From Octopus bimaculoides (Eukaryota), in the NCBI RefSeq assembly GCF_001194135.2, contig NC_068986.1, positions 89,435,439 through 89,483,132 on the forward strand: a stretch of DNA of 47,694 bases. The letters run 5' to 3'. The number at the start of each line of letters is the position of its first letter. Position 1 is the stretch's first letter. Under the pieces are notes generated by a model. It was not told the origin of the DNA. It saw only the letters and a program-made list of their open reading frames with translations, and did no database searches. The position numbers were made by a program, and so were the translations under genes. Shown one piece after another: positions 1 through 11,329 of the stretch.

Positions 1-293
1 GGCGCGTGGTTTAGTAGTTGGGTATTCGACTCACGATCGTAAGGTCGTGAGTTCAATCCCCGGCGACGCGTTGTGTCCTTGAGCAAGACACTTTATTTCA
101 CGTTGCTCCAGTCCACTCAGCTGGCAAAAATGAGTAGTACCTGTATTTCAAAGGGCCGGCCGTGTCACAGTCTGTGGCACGCTCAATCGCCTTGAGAACT
201 ACGTTAAGTTACACGTGTCTATATATAGAGTGCTCAACCACATGCACGTTAATTATATGAGCAGGCTGTTCAGTTGATCGGATCAACTGGAAT
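1..293 (+). mobile_element. tRNA-derived SINE (head A + tail X)
   Basis: A-box-like TGGTTTAGTAG and B-box GAGTTCAATCCC, then TTGTGTCCTTGAGCAAGACACTTTA. Head is homologous to 1129-1255; 3' part (138-293) is homologous to the reverse complement of 4362-4500. Confidence 0.85.
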
Positions 294-907
294 TTTCATA
301 TGTATATATGTGTGTGTGTGTGTGTGTGTGTATACACATATGTATTTTACATGCATACACACACACACATATAATCTGAAGGTTTCCACTACGACCGTAA
401 TCTATTTCGATTGAACCAATTCTAGCGAAATAAACATTGTGTGTGTATTTGTCGAGTTATATATATATATATATATGTATTTATGTATGTATGCATGTAC
501 GTATGTATGTATGTATGTATGTATGTATGTATGCATGTATGTATGTATGTATACGCGCGTCTATGTTTGCATATTTGTGTTTGATATGAATATATGCAGA
601 TGCATATACGTGTGTGTTGTGTACACACGCAACAACGCAGGCAGAAACAAAGACCGTATTCACTCTGCTGACCTAGAACTGGATGTGAAACTTGAGAAGT
701 GCATTATAGGATAGGTAATTTATGCACATGGACAAATTTTACACTCATATGCAGGTATAGGGATAGATTACATATAGATGTGTAACTATATACGCTCTCG
801 GTAGAGCGTCAGAGTTGTAACCCAAAGGTTGTGATGATGGTGGTCCAGCATGGTCACAGCTTCTGACTAAAGCCAATACAAGAATTTAAGAATATATATA
901 TATATAA

Positions 908-947
<40 letters not shown>

Positions 948-949
<2 letters not shown>

Positions 950-1052
950 GGGCAAAGTCAACCTCAGCGGAGTTTGAACTCAGAACATAAAGACAGTCGA
1001 AATACCGCTAAGCATTTCGCCCAGCGTACTAACGTTTCTGCCAGCTCACCTT
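948..1052 (-). mobile_element. SINE family B (CORE-like), partial
   Basis: Reverse complement reads GAGCTGGCAGAAACGTTAGTACGCTGGGCGAAATGCTTAGCGG...TTCTGAGTTCAAACTCCGCTGAGGTTGACTTTGCC. Same family as 35591-35795 and 41884-41985. Confidence 0.8.
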
Positions 1053-1128
1053 ATTTATATAGATAGATAGATAGATAGATGAGTGTGGGCGTGTCAGTGT
1101 GTGCATGTGTGTATGTGTGCGCGTAAGA

Positions 1129-1355
1129 GGCACGTGGCTTAGTAGTTAGATCGTATGATTGTGGTTTCGATTCCTGGATCGGGCAACGTGTTGTGTTCTT
1201 GAGCAAAGCACTTCTCTTCACGTTGCTCCAGTCCACTCAGCTTACAAAAGTGAGTAATCCTGCCTCAGTCTGGCTTCCCCCCTCAACGTGAGGAATATAT
1301 AAGCAATGGAAACCAGTCTTATGAGTCTTTATGACACGGGAAGGATCTTTATCCT
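1129..1355 (+). mobile_element. tRNA-derived SINE (head A + tail Y)
   Basis: Shares head and TTCACGTTGCTCCAGTCCACTCAGCT with 1-136, then continues into a 3' tail unrelated to 138-293. Confidence 0.75.
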
Positions 1356-1394
1356 AAATGTACTTCAAAAATGTAATTACACGCGTACTATTGG

Positions 1395-1596
1395 CGATTT
1401 TTTTCTCTCCCACTTACTTTTCCTTTGGACTTTCCTGTTTTTCCTGTTTCCGAAGAAGAGCATGCTCGAAACGTAAAACAACTACCCTTTTACCGTCTCT
1501 GAGCGTCTTATTAACACTATACATGTGCTACGTCTTCACGTTGTTTTTTTCTTTTTCTTGTCTTTTCTCTGTCTTTCTTCGTTTTCTTTAATTAAT
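1395..1596 (+). mobile_element. Penelope-like terminal-repeat relic with hammerhead-like motif
   Basis: TGTTT-CCGAAGA-A-GAGC-AT-GCTC-GAAA-CGT-A-AAACA at 1445-1480. Downstream CTGAGCGTC...ACTAT...CGTCTTCACGTTG is shared with 30190-30365. Confidence 0.55.
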
Positions 1597-1703
1597 TATA
1601 TGTGCGTGTGTGTGCGCGCGTGTGTGTGCGCGCGTGTGTGTGCGCGCGTGTGTGTGCGCGCGTGTGTGTGCGCGCGTGTGTGTGCGCGCGTGTGTGTGCG
1701 CGC

Positions 1704-1766
<63 letters not shown>

Positions 1767-1800
1767 TATGTGAGTGTGTGTACGTGTGAGAGTGTATAAA
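1597..1800. repeat. Alternating purine-pyrimidine tract: 14-bp (TGTGCGCGCGTGTG)n x~7, then (TA)n
   Basis: 1611-1620 recurs at 1681-1690 (5 x 14 bp). Confidence 0.95.
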
Positions 1801-3122
1801 TATATTGTCTATGTATGTATGTATGTATGTATCTATCTATCTATCTATGTATAGGTATGTATGCACTCAATTCTATATGGGTCATCCCTCACCCTTGTGA
1901 TACTTACGTTGGTGCACACCAAATTTATGAGGTGGAAGGTGGGTCCAAGTCTCAAATTGATACCCTCTACTCCTTAACCTTCTAAACTTCTACCAAATGC
2001 TCTTTTGACTCGACATCCTAAAAACCCCGTCACCTTATATTATCGCATTATACGTCTTTCCCTCTTGATCCGAAGAGTGTAATTGATGACTGATTATTAT
2101 GTGACACTTCTCGACCCTTAATTGTTAACGGGTGGACCAGAGTTTGAAGGGTATTAACCCTCCTTTCTACCTCTCGTATGTCGTCAGCTCTCCGCTCTAT
2201 GACATAAAAACAATCTTTAGCCCCTAAAGCAAAAAAAAAAAAATCTGGTAAATATTACGTGAATGACAGCTGGAACCGTCTCAACCGCATTTTCCACTTC
2301 TGTCTTCTACTTCTCCCTCTTTNNNNNNNNNNNNNNNNNNNNNNNNNNNNNNNNNNNNNNNNNNNNNNNNNNNNNNNNNNNNNNNNNNNNNNNNNNNNNN
2401 NNNNNNNNNNNNNNNNNNNNNNNNNNNNNNNNNNNNNNNNNNNNNNNNNNNNNNNNNNNNNNNNNNNNNNNNNNNNNNNNNNNNNNNNNNNNNNNNNNNN
2501 NNNNNNNNNNNNNNNNNNNNNNNNNNNNNNNNNNNNNNNNNNNNNNNNNNNNNNNNNNNNNNNNNNNNNNNNNNNNNNNNNNNNNNNNNNNNNNNNNNNN
2601 NNNNNNNNNNNNNNNNNNNNNNNNNNNNNNNNNNNNNNNNNNNNNNNNNNNNNNNNNNNNNNNNNNNNNNNNNNNNNNNNNNNNNNNNNNNNNNNNNNNN
2701 NNNNNNNNNNNNNNNNNNNNNNNNNNNNNNNNNNNNNNNNNNNNNNNNNNNNNNNNNNNNNNNNNNNNNNNNNNNNNNNNNNNNNNNNNNNNNNNNNNNN
2801 NNNNNNNNNNNNNNNNNNNNNNNNNNNNNNNNNNNNNNNNNNNNNNNNNNNNNNNNNNNNNNNNNNNNNNNNNNNNNNNNNNNNNNNNNNNNNNNNNNNN
2901 NNNNNNNNNNNNNNNNNNNNNNNNNNNNNNNNNNNNNNNNNTATATATATACATATTTGCTTTTCAAACTTCTTTCCCCCTGGTGGCTACTATTACCATT
3001 TCTTTAGTTTTTCTCCCACTGACGACTCTTTCTTCATCACATTTTTCTGATCTCCTCTCCCTCACCCTCTCTCTCTCAGCATTACTCTCTCCTCGTTATA
3101 TTTCTATCCATCAACATTGCCT

Positions 3123-3195
<73 letters not shown>

Positions 3196-3689
3196 GAGTA
3201 TATGTATGTATGTACAAAAGTTAAGGAATGGAGTAGATAAAATACTGGCTACATATATTTCATAGCAAGAGGAACCTCGGAAAAAAAAAATAGCGAAGCA
3301 AATTGAGAGCCGAAAGTTTCGTGCATGGAACATGTCAAACTGAGTACAAATTTGAAAGATCGCATTTCTGATAGTGAAAATTTCTATCCTATCTAGAATG
3401 TTCGATTAAAAATTAGTATTGGAGTATCAAGAAGTGTAGATTGCACGTTATACAGAGAGTAGACATGAAAATGAAATGCAAAAAAATATATACATAAACT
3501 CATACGCACACACACAAGCCGGCATGTAAACGCTTATCCGTCTCCAACACCTTGGAAATGTCTGAGAACGATATTGTATCATGGAAAACCTTTTTTTTTT
3601 TTTTAATTATTCAACATTAGAATACGTGTTTTACCGGTATCTAAATTTAAGGACTTGAATATATACTCGAGAAATAATTGGAAAGAAAA

Positions 3690-3852
3690 TATTTGTTTCT
3701 TTATTGCCCACAAGGGGCTAAACATAGAGGGGGGGAAAAAGAACAAGCAAAGGGATTAAGTCGATTACATCAACCCCAGTGCGTAACTTGTACTTATTTA
3801 ATCGACCCCGAAAGGATTAAAGGCGAAGTCTGCTTAGGCGGGATTTGAACTC
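3690..3852 (-). mobile_element. SINE family B
   Basis: AAGTCGATTACATCAACCCCAGT...GTACTTATTTAATCGACCCCGAAAGGATTAAAGGCGAAGTC...GATTTGAACTCAGAACGT. Confidence 0.8.
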
Positions 3853-3932
3853 AGAACGTAATCGGAAAGAAAATATTGTTAATTATACATCAACTGTTAT
3901 AATGATATTATATGTGACTTTAGCAGTGCAGT

Positions 3933-3972
<40 letters not shown>

Positions 3973-4159
3973 CACATACATACACATATGCATATGCATT
4001 TATACATATATACATATACAGCTGGTTGCGTGACCTCGGATCTTCGATGACATGCTTCTAATATTAAATAAAGTATTAAATATGCAAATTAGTCGTTCAT
4101 ACTCTCTAAGGCTGCTGAATCTGTTATGTAGATAAACAGATTGGCTGCTCCCTTTTTGT

Positions 4160-4794
4160 GGTCTTGGGAAACTGATGGAGACCAGTGGACCTTTGTTATT
4201 CCTATTGTACTTCGATGGACCCTCACAGTCATTTTATGTTTTAAAAATTCTTTTATTTTTTTATAATTAAATATTATTAGAAATTATATCAAATAATTTG
4301 TTAAAATATTTTGTATATTGGAGAAGTTGTTGTTGGCACACCGTCGCATACGATGTCGAGGGTTCCAGTTGATCCGATCAACAGAACAGCCTGCTCGTGA
4401 AATTAACGTGCAAGTGGCTGAGCACTCCACGGACACGTGTACCCTTAACGTAGTTCTCGGGGAGATAGTGTGACAAGGCCGATCCTTTGAATTACAGGCA
4501 CAACATAAACAGGAAGTGAGAATGAGAGAAAGTTGTGGTGAAAGAGTACAGCAGGGTTCGCCACCATCCCCTGTCGGAGCCTCGTGGAACTTTAGGTGTT
4601 TTCGCTCAATAAACACTCACAACGCCCGGTCTGAGAATCGAAACTGCGATCCTATGACCGCGAGTCCGCTGCCCTAACCACTGGGCCATTGCGCCTCCAC
4701 ATTGGAGAAGTATAATGAGTTTATTGAACATAAATTTTAAGTAAAAATTTTATATGGACCGCCTAGGGCCATATGGACCCTGGTCGAGAACCAC
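4160..4794. mobile_element. Probable hAT-type non-autonomous DNA transposon (MITE) relic, interrupted by a SINE
   Basis: Right end GGACCCTGGTCGAGAACCACTG resembles the hAT/Charlie-type terminus (CAGTGGTTCTC). GGACC motifs lie on both sides of the SINE; the left end is degenerate. Confidence 0.4.
4328..4700 (-). mobile_element. Full-length tRNA-derived SINE (head D + tail X) with 11-bp TSD
   Basis: Reverse complement begins GTGGAGGCGCAATGGCCCAGTGGTTAGGGCAGCGGACTCGCGG...GTTTCGATTCTC (A and B boxes) and ends in a (CAA)n tail. TSD ATTGGAGAAGT at 4317-4327 and 4701-4711. Confidence 0.92.
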
Positions 4795-5090
4795 TGATGT
4801 AGACAATTCTAATGAGAATTCAATATGGTTTGAAAATCGTTTAATGCTGATCCCATTTTTGCAGTCTACGGAGAAATAGTTTAAATTTCCGTTTATATAT
4901 CTACTGCATTGGTTATATAACTATATAGCTAGGTACATATTTATGCATTCAAATATATATGCTAACGAGAGAAGAAGAAAATGATGAGTGAAGATGGGTC
5001 GAGCTCAGCAGTTTTTATTTTTCCTTTCTTTTATTCGGGAGTAGAGTAAGAATAGAATAGAAAGAGTAAGAATACAACAGTAAGAATAGA

Positions 5091-5322
5091 CATTATTTAC
5101 ATTATTTACATTTGACGGATATTTGTCCTCATCTTGTTTGTTGTCAACACAACGTTTCGGCTGATATACCCTCCAGGTTCGAAATTTCCCCAAGACACCT
5201 GACGAAGGCTGGAGGGTATATCAGCCGAAACGTTGTGTTGACAACAAACAAGATGAGGACAAATATCCGTCAAATGTAAATAATGTAAATAATGTAACTA
5301 ATTCCTCATCTCTTAAATATAG
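5091..5322 (+). mobile_element. Penelope-like inverted terminal-repeat insertion with 15-bp TSD
   Basis: Perfect 87-bp inverted repeat (5090-5176 / 5209-5295). Direct repeat AACAGTAAGAATAGA at 5076-5090 and 5323-5337. Contains a hammerhead motif. Confidence 0.7.
5194..5239 (+). ncRNA. Minimal type I hammerhead ribozyme motif (Penelope-type, palindromic stem III)
   Basis: Stem I GACAC/GTGTT; core CTGACGA plus extra A; stem II GGCTG/CAGCC with 10-nt loop; GAAA; palindromic ACGT stem III; predicted cleavage triplet GUU (after 5234). Confidence 0.65.
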
Positions 5323-5399
5323 AACAGTAAGAATAGAATAGAAAAATTAGAGCACGTGTGTATCCAACGGTTGTCGTTTTTGCTATCGTTCTGGAGCCA

Positions 5400-5570
5400 C
5401 AAGTCAACCCAGGAAGGGCAGGTGTATGACTAATGAGTCCCAAATATAACCATCCCATATTTTCTTTTATGCAGGGAAGTCCATTATCCAATGTATCATT
5501 TTTTTTTTTAAGATGATAGAGTGTAATTTGAAGAAATGTAACTGCTATTTCTAGTAGTCCAAGGGACCAC
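5400..5570 (+). repeat. Dispersed repeat family E (degenerate)
   Basis: CATTATCCAATGT...AAGATGATAGAGTGTAATTTGA...CTGCTATTTCTAG. Related copies at ~5740-5830, 7105-7250, 21315-21440 (-) and 23795-23970. Confidence 0.55.
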
Positions 5571-6059
5571 ATACAGACTTATCAGATAGCTCAGGGTCCA
5601 AAGATTGGAGTATGTTTCTATACCTCTTCATAACAATAAGTCAGGACTGCGTTATTTTGATCCCGGTTAGCGCCAATCGAGAAAACCCATGCACAGAGTA
5701 ATTCCTGCGTTGATCATACCGTCGTTTTATATATCGCGGACGACATTACACATTGTGTCCTTTGTATCCAACACAAGAACGCTTTATTGAAGGATATTTG
5801 GTAGCTATATCTAGCAAGCCGAATACTTACAGAGAGCCTGCTTGCTTAGTTGGCTTCCGTACAACTGTTATTATACATGAGGCTACGTAACAGTCCTTCC
5901 CTCTCTGTCACAACACCATCCATGTGACCAGATTGTGTAGCTTTCCGCTGATTTTCGGCTTAAACTTAATTTAAATTATCTTTTAATTACAGAAATAAAT
6001 CTTATTCCTTCCATTATAAACAGTTTTCATTATCTCTGTCATATTTCACTGTTTATTGA

Positions 6060-6672
6060 CAACAACGCTGGCAGCTGAGGTGGTAGTGATGGTGATGGTA
6101 GTGGTGCTGATGGTGGCGGTGGCGGAGGTGGTGGTGGTGGTGATGAGGGGGTTTAAGTTGTGGTGAGATTGTTGTTGCTGTTGGTGGTGNNNNNNNNNNN
6201 NNNNNNNNNNNNNNNNNNNNNNNNNNNNNNNNNNNNNNNNNNNNNNNNNNNNNNNNNNNNNNNNNNNNNNNNNNNNNNNNNNNNNNNNNNNNNNNNNNNN
6301 NNNNNNNNNNNNNNNNNNNNNNNNNNNNNNNNNNNNNNNNNNNNNNNNNNNNNNNNNNNNNNNNNNNNNNNNNNNNNNNNNNNNNNNNNNNNNNNNNNNN
6401 NNNNNNNNNNNNNNNNNNNNNNNNNNNNNNNNNNNNNNNNNNNNNNNNNNNNNNNNNNNNNNNNNNNNNNNNNNGGAATGAAGTAAGGGTCTTACTGTTA
6501 TTGCGGTTGGTGTTGTTGTTGTTGTTGTTGTTGTTGGAGATGATGGTGTTGATGGTGTTGATGGTGCTAGCAGAAGAAGTGAAGAGAATGACGATAGCAG
6601 GCAACGGTGTTGGAGAAGCGGTGATAGGGCATCTCTGGTGGTGGCCATGGGGACGGATTGTTGTCGGTTGTA

Positions 6673-6708
<36 letters not shown>

Positions 6709-7650
6709 GCAGTTGATGGTATGGTATTGGTGGTGGTGATAACGGTGGAGTGGTATTAGTGACGGTAGCAGTGTTGGTGGAAGATGTAGTGACATGAGTG
6801 GTGATGGTGGTGGTGGTGGTAGTATTGGTTGTGATTTCGGTATTGGTACTTCTGTTATTGATGCTGGTGGCGGGGGCGGAGAGGATGAGGTGGCGGTGAT
6901 GGTAACAATAATTCTACTGTGGGAGCTTGCGGTGATACTGACGGTAGTGTTGTTGGGTTGCAGTGGTAGTGGCAGTGGTAGTAGGTATGGGTGTTCCTAG
7001 TAGCACTGTAGGCGGTAGTAATTGTGGTAATGATGATGTTGTAGTTATTGTTGCTGCTGTTGTTGTTGTTGTTAGTGGTAGTGGTTGTTTTTATTGCTTT
7101 TTTTTAAAATTCTATTTCGACCCTGATCAAGATCTATTTTGGAAGGCGTTCCATCCGTGACCATTTCTGTAAAAGTACACAGAATTACATTATCTACTGT
7201 GACCTTTGATTGAAAGTTATTTTGAGGGAATTTAGCTGTTATTTCTTTGTTGCTTAGTAGTAGTAGTAGTAGTTGCAGTGGTGGTGGTGGTGGTGAAGGT
7301 GGTGGTGGTGGTGATGACTTTNNNNNNNNNNNNNNNNNNNNNNNNNNNNNNNNNNNNNNNNNNNNNNNNNNNNNNNNNNNNNNNNNNNNNNNNNNNNNNN
7401 NNNNNNNNNNNNNNNNNNNNNNNNNNNNNNNNNNNNNNNNNNNNNNNNNNNNNNNNNNNNNNNNNNNNNNNNNNNNNNNNNNNNNNNNNNNNNNNNNNNN
7501 NNNNNNNNNNNNNNNNNNNNNNNNNNNNNNNNNNNNNNNNNNNNNNNNNNNNNNNNNNNNNNNNNNNNNNNNNNNNNNNNNNNNNNNNTGGTGGTGGTGG
7601 TGGTGGTGGTGGTGGCCGTCGTCGTCGTCATCGTTTTCGTCGTTGTCATC
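6060..7650. repeat. Low-complexity compound trinucleotide region (GGT/GAT/GTT/AGT)n
   Basis: Degenerate triplet runs interrupted by two gaps; source of the poly-V/G/T/H ORFs in the track. Confidence 0.9.
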
Positions 7651-8324
7651 GAGAGCTACACTATTCTTGTGATAGTAGTGAATGTGGGGTTATTGGTCTA
7701 GAGATGAAAGAAAAGTTATTACACCGCACCAGTTCCTTGCACCTAACCACCACCAACAAATGGGGAAACTGCCAGCTTTTCTTTGTTAAGCAAAGATCTT
7801 GCAGCGATATTCACAACGGACTTTGATGAAAGCTAAATTCCTTCCTACGCAATAAAAATGATTGTAACATACATAGGTCAATTATATTTACACACCGAAT
7901 GAGATTGTGGAAAATAATTTTGTCGTTTCACCCTTACTTCGAGCATTGTGGTGCAGTCACCCTAAATGTACCACCATACCTGTAAAACTTATGCCGGCTT
8001 GACAATGCCTGCATAATATTACCATTACAAGGGGCCGTCGTTGTGTACGATTTTCCTCACCCAAACTATTCATGCCAAACTCACCCTCTAACTTGCTGTT
8101 TGTAAGAGTGCAGCACTTACTTTCTGTTCATCCTTTTCTCGTAAAGGCAATTGTAAGGTGGTTAAGGTGGCTAGAGAAGAAAAGCCGGTTCTTCTATCCT
8201 CTTAACTGGTGTGCCACAACTACCTCTTTCGTTATGGCCTGCATAGAGCCAGCACCGGCTGCCCTTACTTGTCAGAGGAAGGGGATGGGATGATCGTCAG
8301 ATAAATACGACTGACATCAAAATC

Positions 8325-8495
8325 CGTCCTACCATCGAACCCAATACTAGACTGGTACTTTATTTTATCGACCCCGGAAAGATTGGGAACAAATATAGCC
8401 TTGTTGAGATTTGAACTCAAAAACAAAGGGCAAGAAGAAATATTGCAAGGTATTTTTCCAATGATCTAACGATTTTGCCAGTCTGCAGCTCTAAG
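8325..8495 (-). mobile_element. SINE family B (diverged)
   Basis: CTGGTACTTTATTTTATCGACCCCGGAAAG...GATTTGAACTCAAAA...CTAACGATTTTGCCAG. Confidence 0.7.
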
Positions 8496-8964
8496 CGTAA
8501 GAAACAATGAATTGAAAATATACGATTATATAAACACCTAGATTAACTTGCTGTTATAGGAAGGAAGATTTTAAAAAAAAAAAAAGAAAAAGAAAAGGAT
8601 AGTTAAAAATAATATATCAATAAAAATAGAAAACACTTTTGGAGCAAGGCACTAGATAATATATATAAAGTATCTCTTTAAAATAAATATGTTATAGATA
8701 TTATTTGATAGATTCTAAAGTAGAAATAACAGAAACAGATCCTTAGACTCATAAACTTACGGATCGCTATTCTTCGTGTTTCTTCTCAAGTCACTTTCGT
8801 TAGTTCTAAGGGTAACAAATATTCAAATATGTATGTTGACAATACTCAAATACAAAATAACAGAGCACATTGATAGATAAACTTAGAAATCAAGGTTATA
8901 AAAAAAAGAATACGCGTCAGAAACTTATTTAGTAATGCTGTAAACAGAGGGATATCTGGTAGTA

Positions 8965-9035
8965 ATGTCAGTAATTGTACTTATAATATGTCAGTAATTG
9001 TACTTATAATATGTCAGTAATTGTACTTATAATAT
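8965..9035. repeat. 23-bp perfect tandem repeat x3
   Basis: (ATGTCAGTAATTGTACTTATAAT)3. Confidence 0.95.
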
Positions 9036-9099
9036 TGATAGTATTGATAGTAACAATCATAATATTGTTACTAATGAACAAAAGGATAATGATTGTATA

Positions 9100-11260
9100 G
9101 ACATTACCACTTCCAATCAATGTATTTCTTCAGTAGCAGAAAATTAATTCACAGCTGCAATTGGAATTCGACAACCACCTATAGCAGCGCAACAAGAAGT
9201 TGATAGGACATGTATCAAAAGCTTGCGAAAACACTTAGAAGTCAATGTAATTCTCATGATTAGTAAGTATACGCTTAAGTTTTCATCTCCTAAAAACCCG
9301 CATAGATTAAGGGATGCTATCAGCAATGAACAAATGGAGATAAAATATCACAGTATTATAATATCTAATTGTATTACTCAGTTAAACAATTCTTTATACT
9401 ATGGCATGCTTACAATAATAAACTATGTGGGGGTTAAATAAACAAAGTAAATTTTCAAAAGATAGAAGTTGTTAACAATTGGAATGGTAAATTAGATTAT
9501 AGAAAAGATAATCTATGCGAGAAAGCAAGTAAAATAATCTAGATGAGAAGAGATAATACTTGTAGAAGAATTAACAGAAATACGGACTTTATGATGTTGA
9601 ACAAAAATACGCACCGTATGATAAACAATGATCAAGCACAACTGTAAAAACTCGAATGCTTAAAAGTAATACCCGCTTTTAATAAGTGATAAAATATGTG
9701 TAACAACAAAGGAAGAACGTCACTCTCAAAACCACACGTGATAAAAATACAGATTTTTTTATATAGCAATAATGAAACATTGAAAATATTTTGGAAACAT
9801 ATTTTTGGAAACGAGGTTAATCATAAGAGATACAATAGGTTACTATAGGAGTACGTGGTAACGATAGAAATTACAAAATCAGCTGCCCAAAAGATAATTC
9901 TCTCTGTATTGAGACTTGCTTCAAATAGCTTTGGAAACTGGGTAAGTCCTGGCACTGACAAGTAAGTCCTTCCACAACCTTGGTGGGTTTTCCTTTCATA
10001 AAGTTTACTATGTCACAGCGTTTATTTTCAACACCCTACCCTTAACAATCCCGACGAACTGCTCGTTTCTGACAGGTAGAACGACAATGTTCTCCAAGAA
10101 AAGACTAATATATCATTCATCTAACTATTGCACAATCTTTTGCTTTCCGATCTTCAATAAACTGTTTTCTAAAATGTTATTTGGGGTAACAGAATAACTG
10201 AGCATATACGAAAAAAAAAAAGAATATTTTACTGTTAGAGTAGAAATGATTCATGTCACAAGCCTACAAGGCAATTGACAAATCCCTTGTTAACCAAATG
10301 GTATTCGATGATGCTTAATTACGAATAAAGAACCTGTCATGTGCTTGGGTCGACAACAGGATGACTTTTGATTAAGCCATACGTGACTGGTTTCGAAATA
10401 ATGGAAGTCTATCAATTTGGCGACAGAATGGGGGACATTTGATTCGGCTCTACATGATAGGTTTATCAAAATAATGAAAGTACATCAATTTGACGACATA
10501 ATGGTAAATTTGGTTAAAACAACAATGAAGAAGTGTCATGCAATTCTTAGTGACCAGCAATGCAATTAGTGTAAGACCCAGCGTCACAGGAATATCTACT
10601 GGAATATTACATGGTAATACTACTTCCAGTAAGAAGAGGGAGGGCAAGGCTAATATACCCTTAAGAATCATGAAACATTTTATGCTGCGAACGGCCTTCA
10701 ACTGGAACCTCTTCACTATTTCAAGTTGTTTAGCGAAGACATTAAGATTACCCTTGAATTGGAGAAATACAAGGAATTGACAATAAATTGTAGTGGAATG
10801 ACCAGTGTGGCTTATGATTTGGAACATAATTGAGGAATATACATTGGTCTGGACAATTCATCATTCTACAAATAATTGATTATAGATAAATGCGTGCGAA
10901 GGTACTTCCAGCGATAATAATAAGTGAATATTTTGAGAGCAAAAATATATTAAAAACTAATTTCAGTAGCAAGAGCTGTATTACTGTGCCATCAACACGT
11001 ATGCCTCTGTTGTAGTGGGATGGACTGTGAAAGAGTTACGCCGTTTATTACACAGCAAGTGCAACAACCGATAACGACACAAGCCTAGAATAGAAGCTGT
11101 TAGAAAATTACTGAATATCAAAGAGAAATGTAAGGAGGCATTTATTAATATTTTAGGTTAGGTCTAATACAAAAGGAAGAGGGTCTCCTCAGCCTTGGCT
11201 GGTTGCCCTCATGAGATGGTGTCACGATAAAAATAGTGGTAGTAATGTAACCCTAACACT
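9100..11260 (+). mobile_element. Highly degraded R4/Dong-like non-LTR retrotransposon (RT region)
   Basis: Frame-broken remnants in RT order: FWKHIFGNEVNHK (~9790), NWxSPGTDK (~9935), GRT..SNY (~10075-10130), KNLSCAWVD..TFD (~10330-10370), LDNSSFYK (~10850), AINTYA (~10990). Confidence 0.65.
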
Positions 11261-11329
11261 GCAGTCCATTATATGAGTATAATGTCAAATAAAAATTTAT
11301 ATGACAACCGTGTTAAAGAAGAATGAATT

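Noticed and set aside
1-80. tRNA-like sequences (also ~795-835, 4620-4700, 45630-45690)
   Set aside because: They are SINE heads with A/B boxes running into SINE bodies; no complete cloverleaf was found.
7690-8300. Unique-looking sequence with a 73-aa ORF (8072-8293)
   Set aside because: No recognisable protein, transposase or splice pattern in any frame I could read.
10450-10827. 125-aa (-) and 80-aa (+) ORFs; likewise 11855-12187 and 12235-12498
   Set aside because: They lie within degraded LINE copies and are antisense or frame-broken pieces of them.
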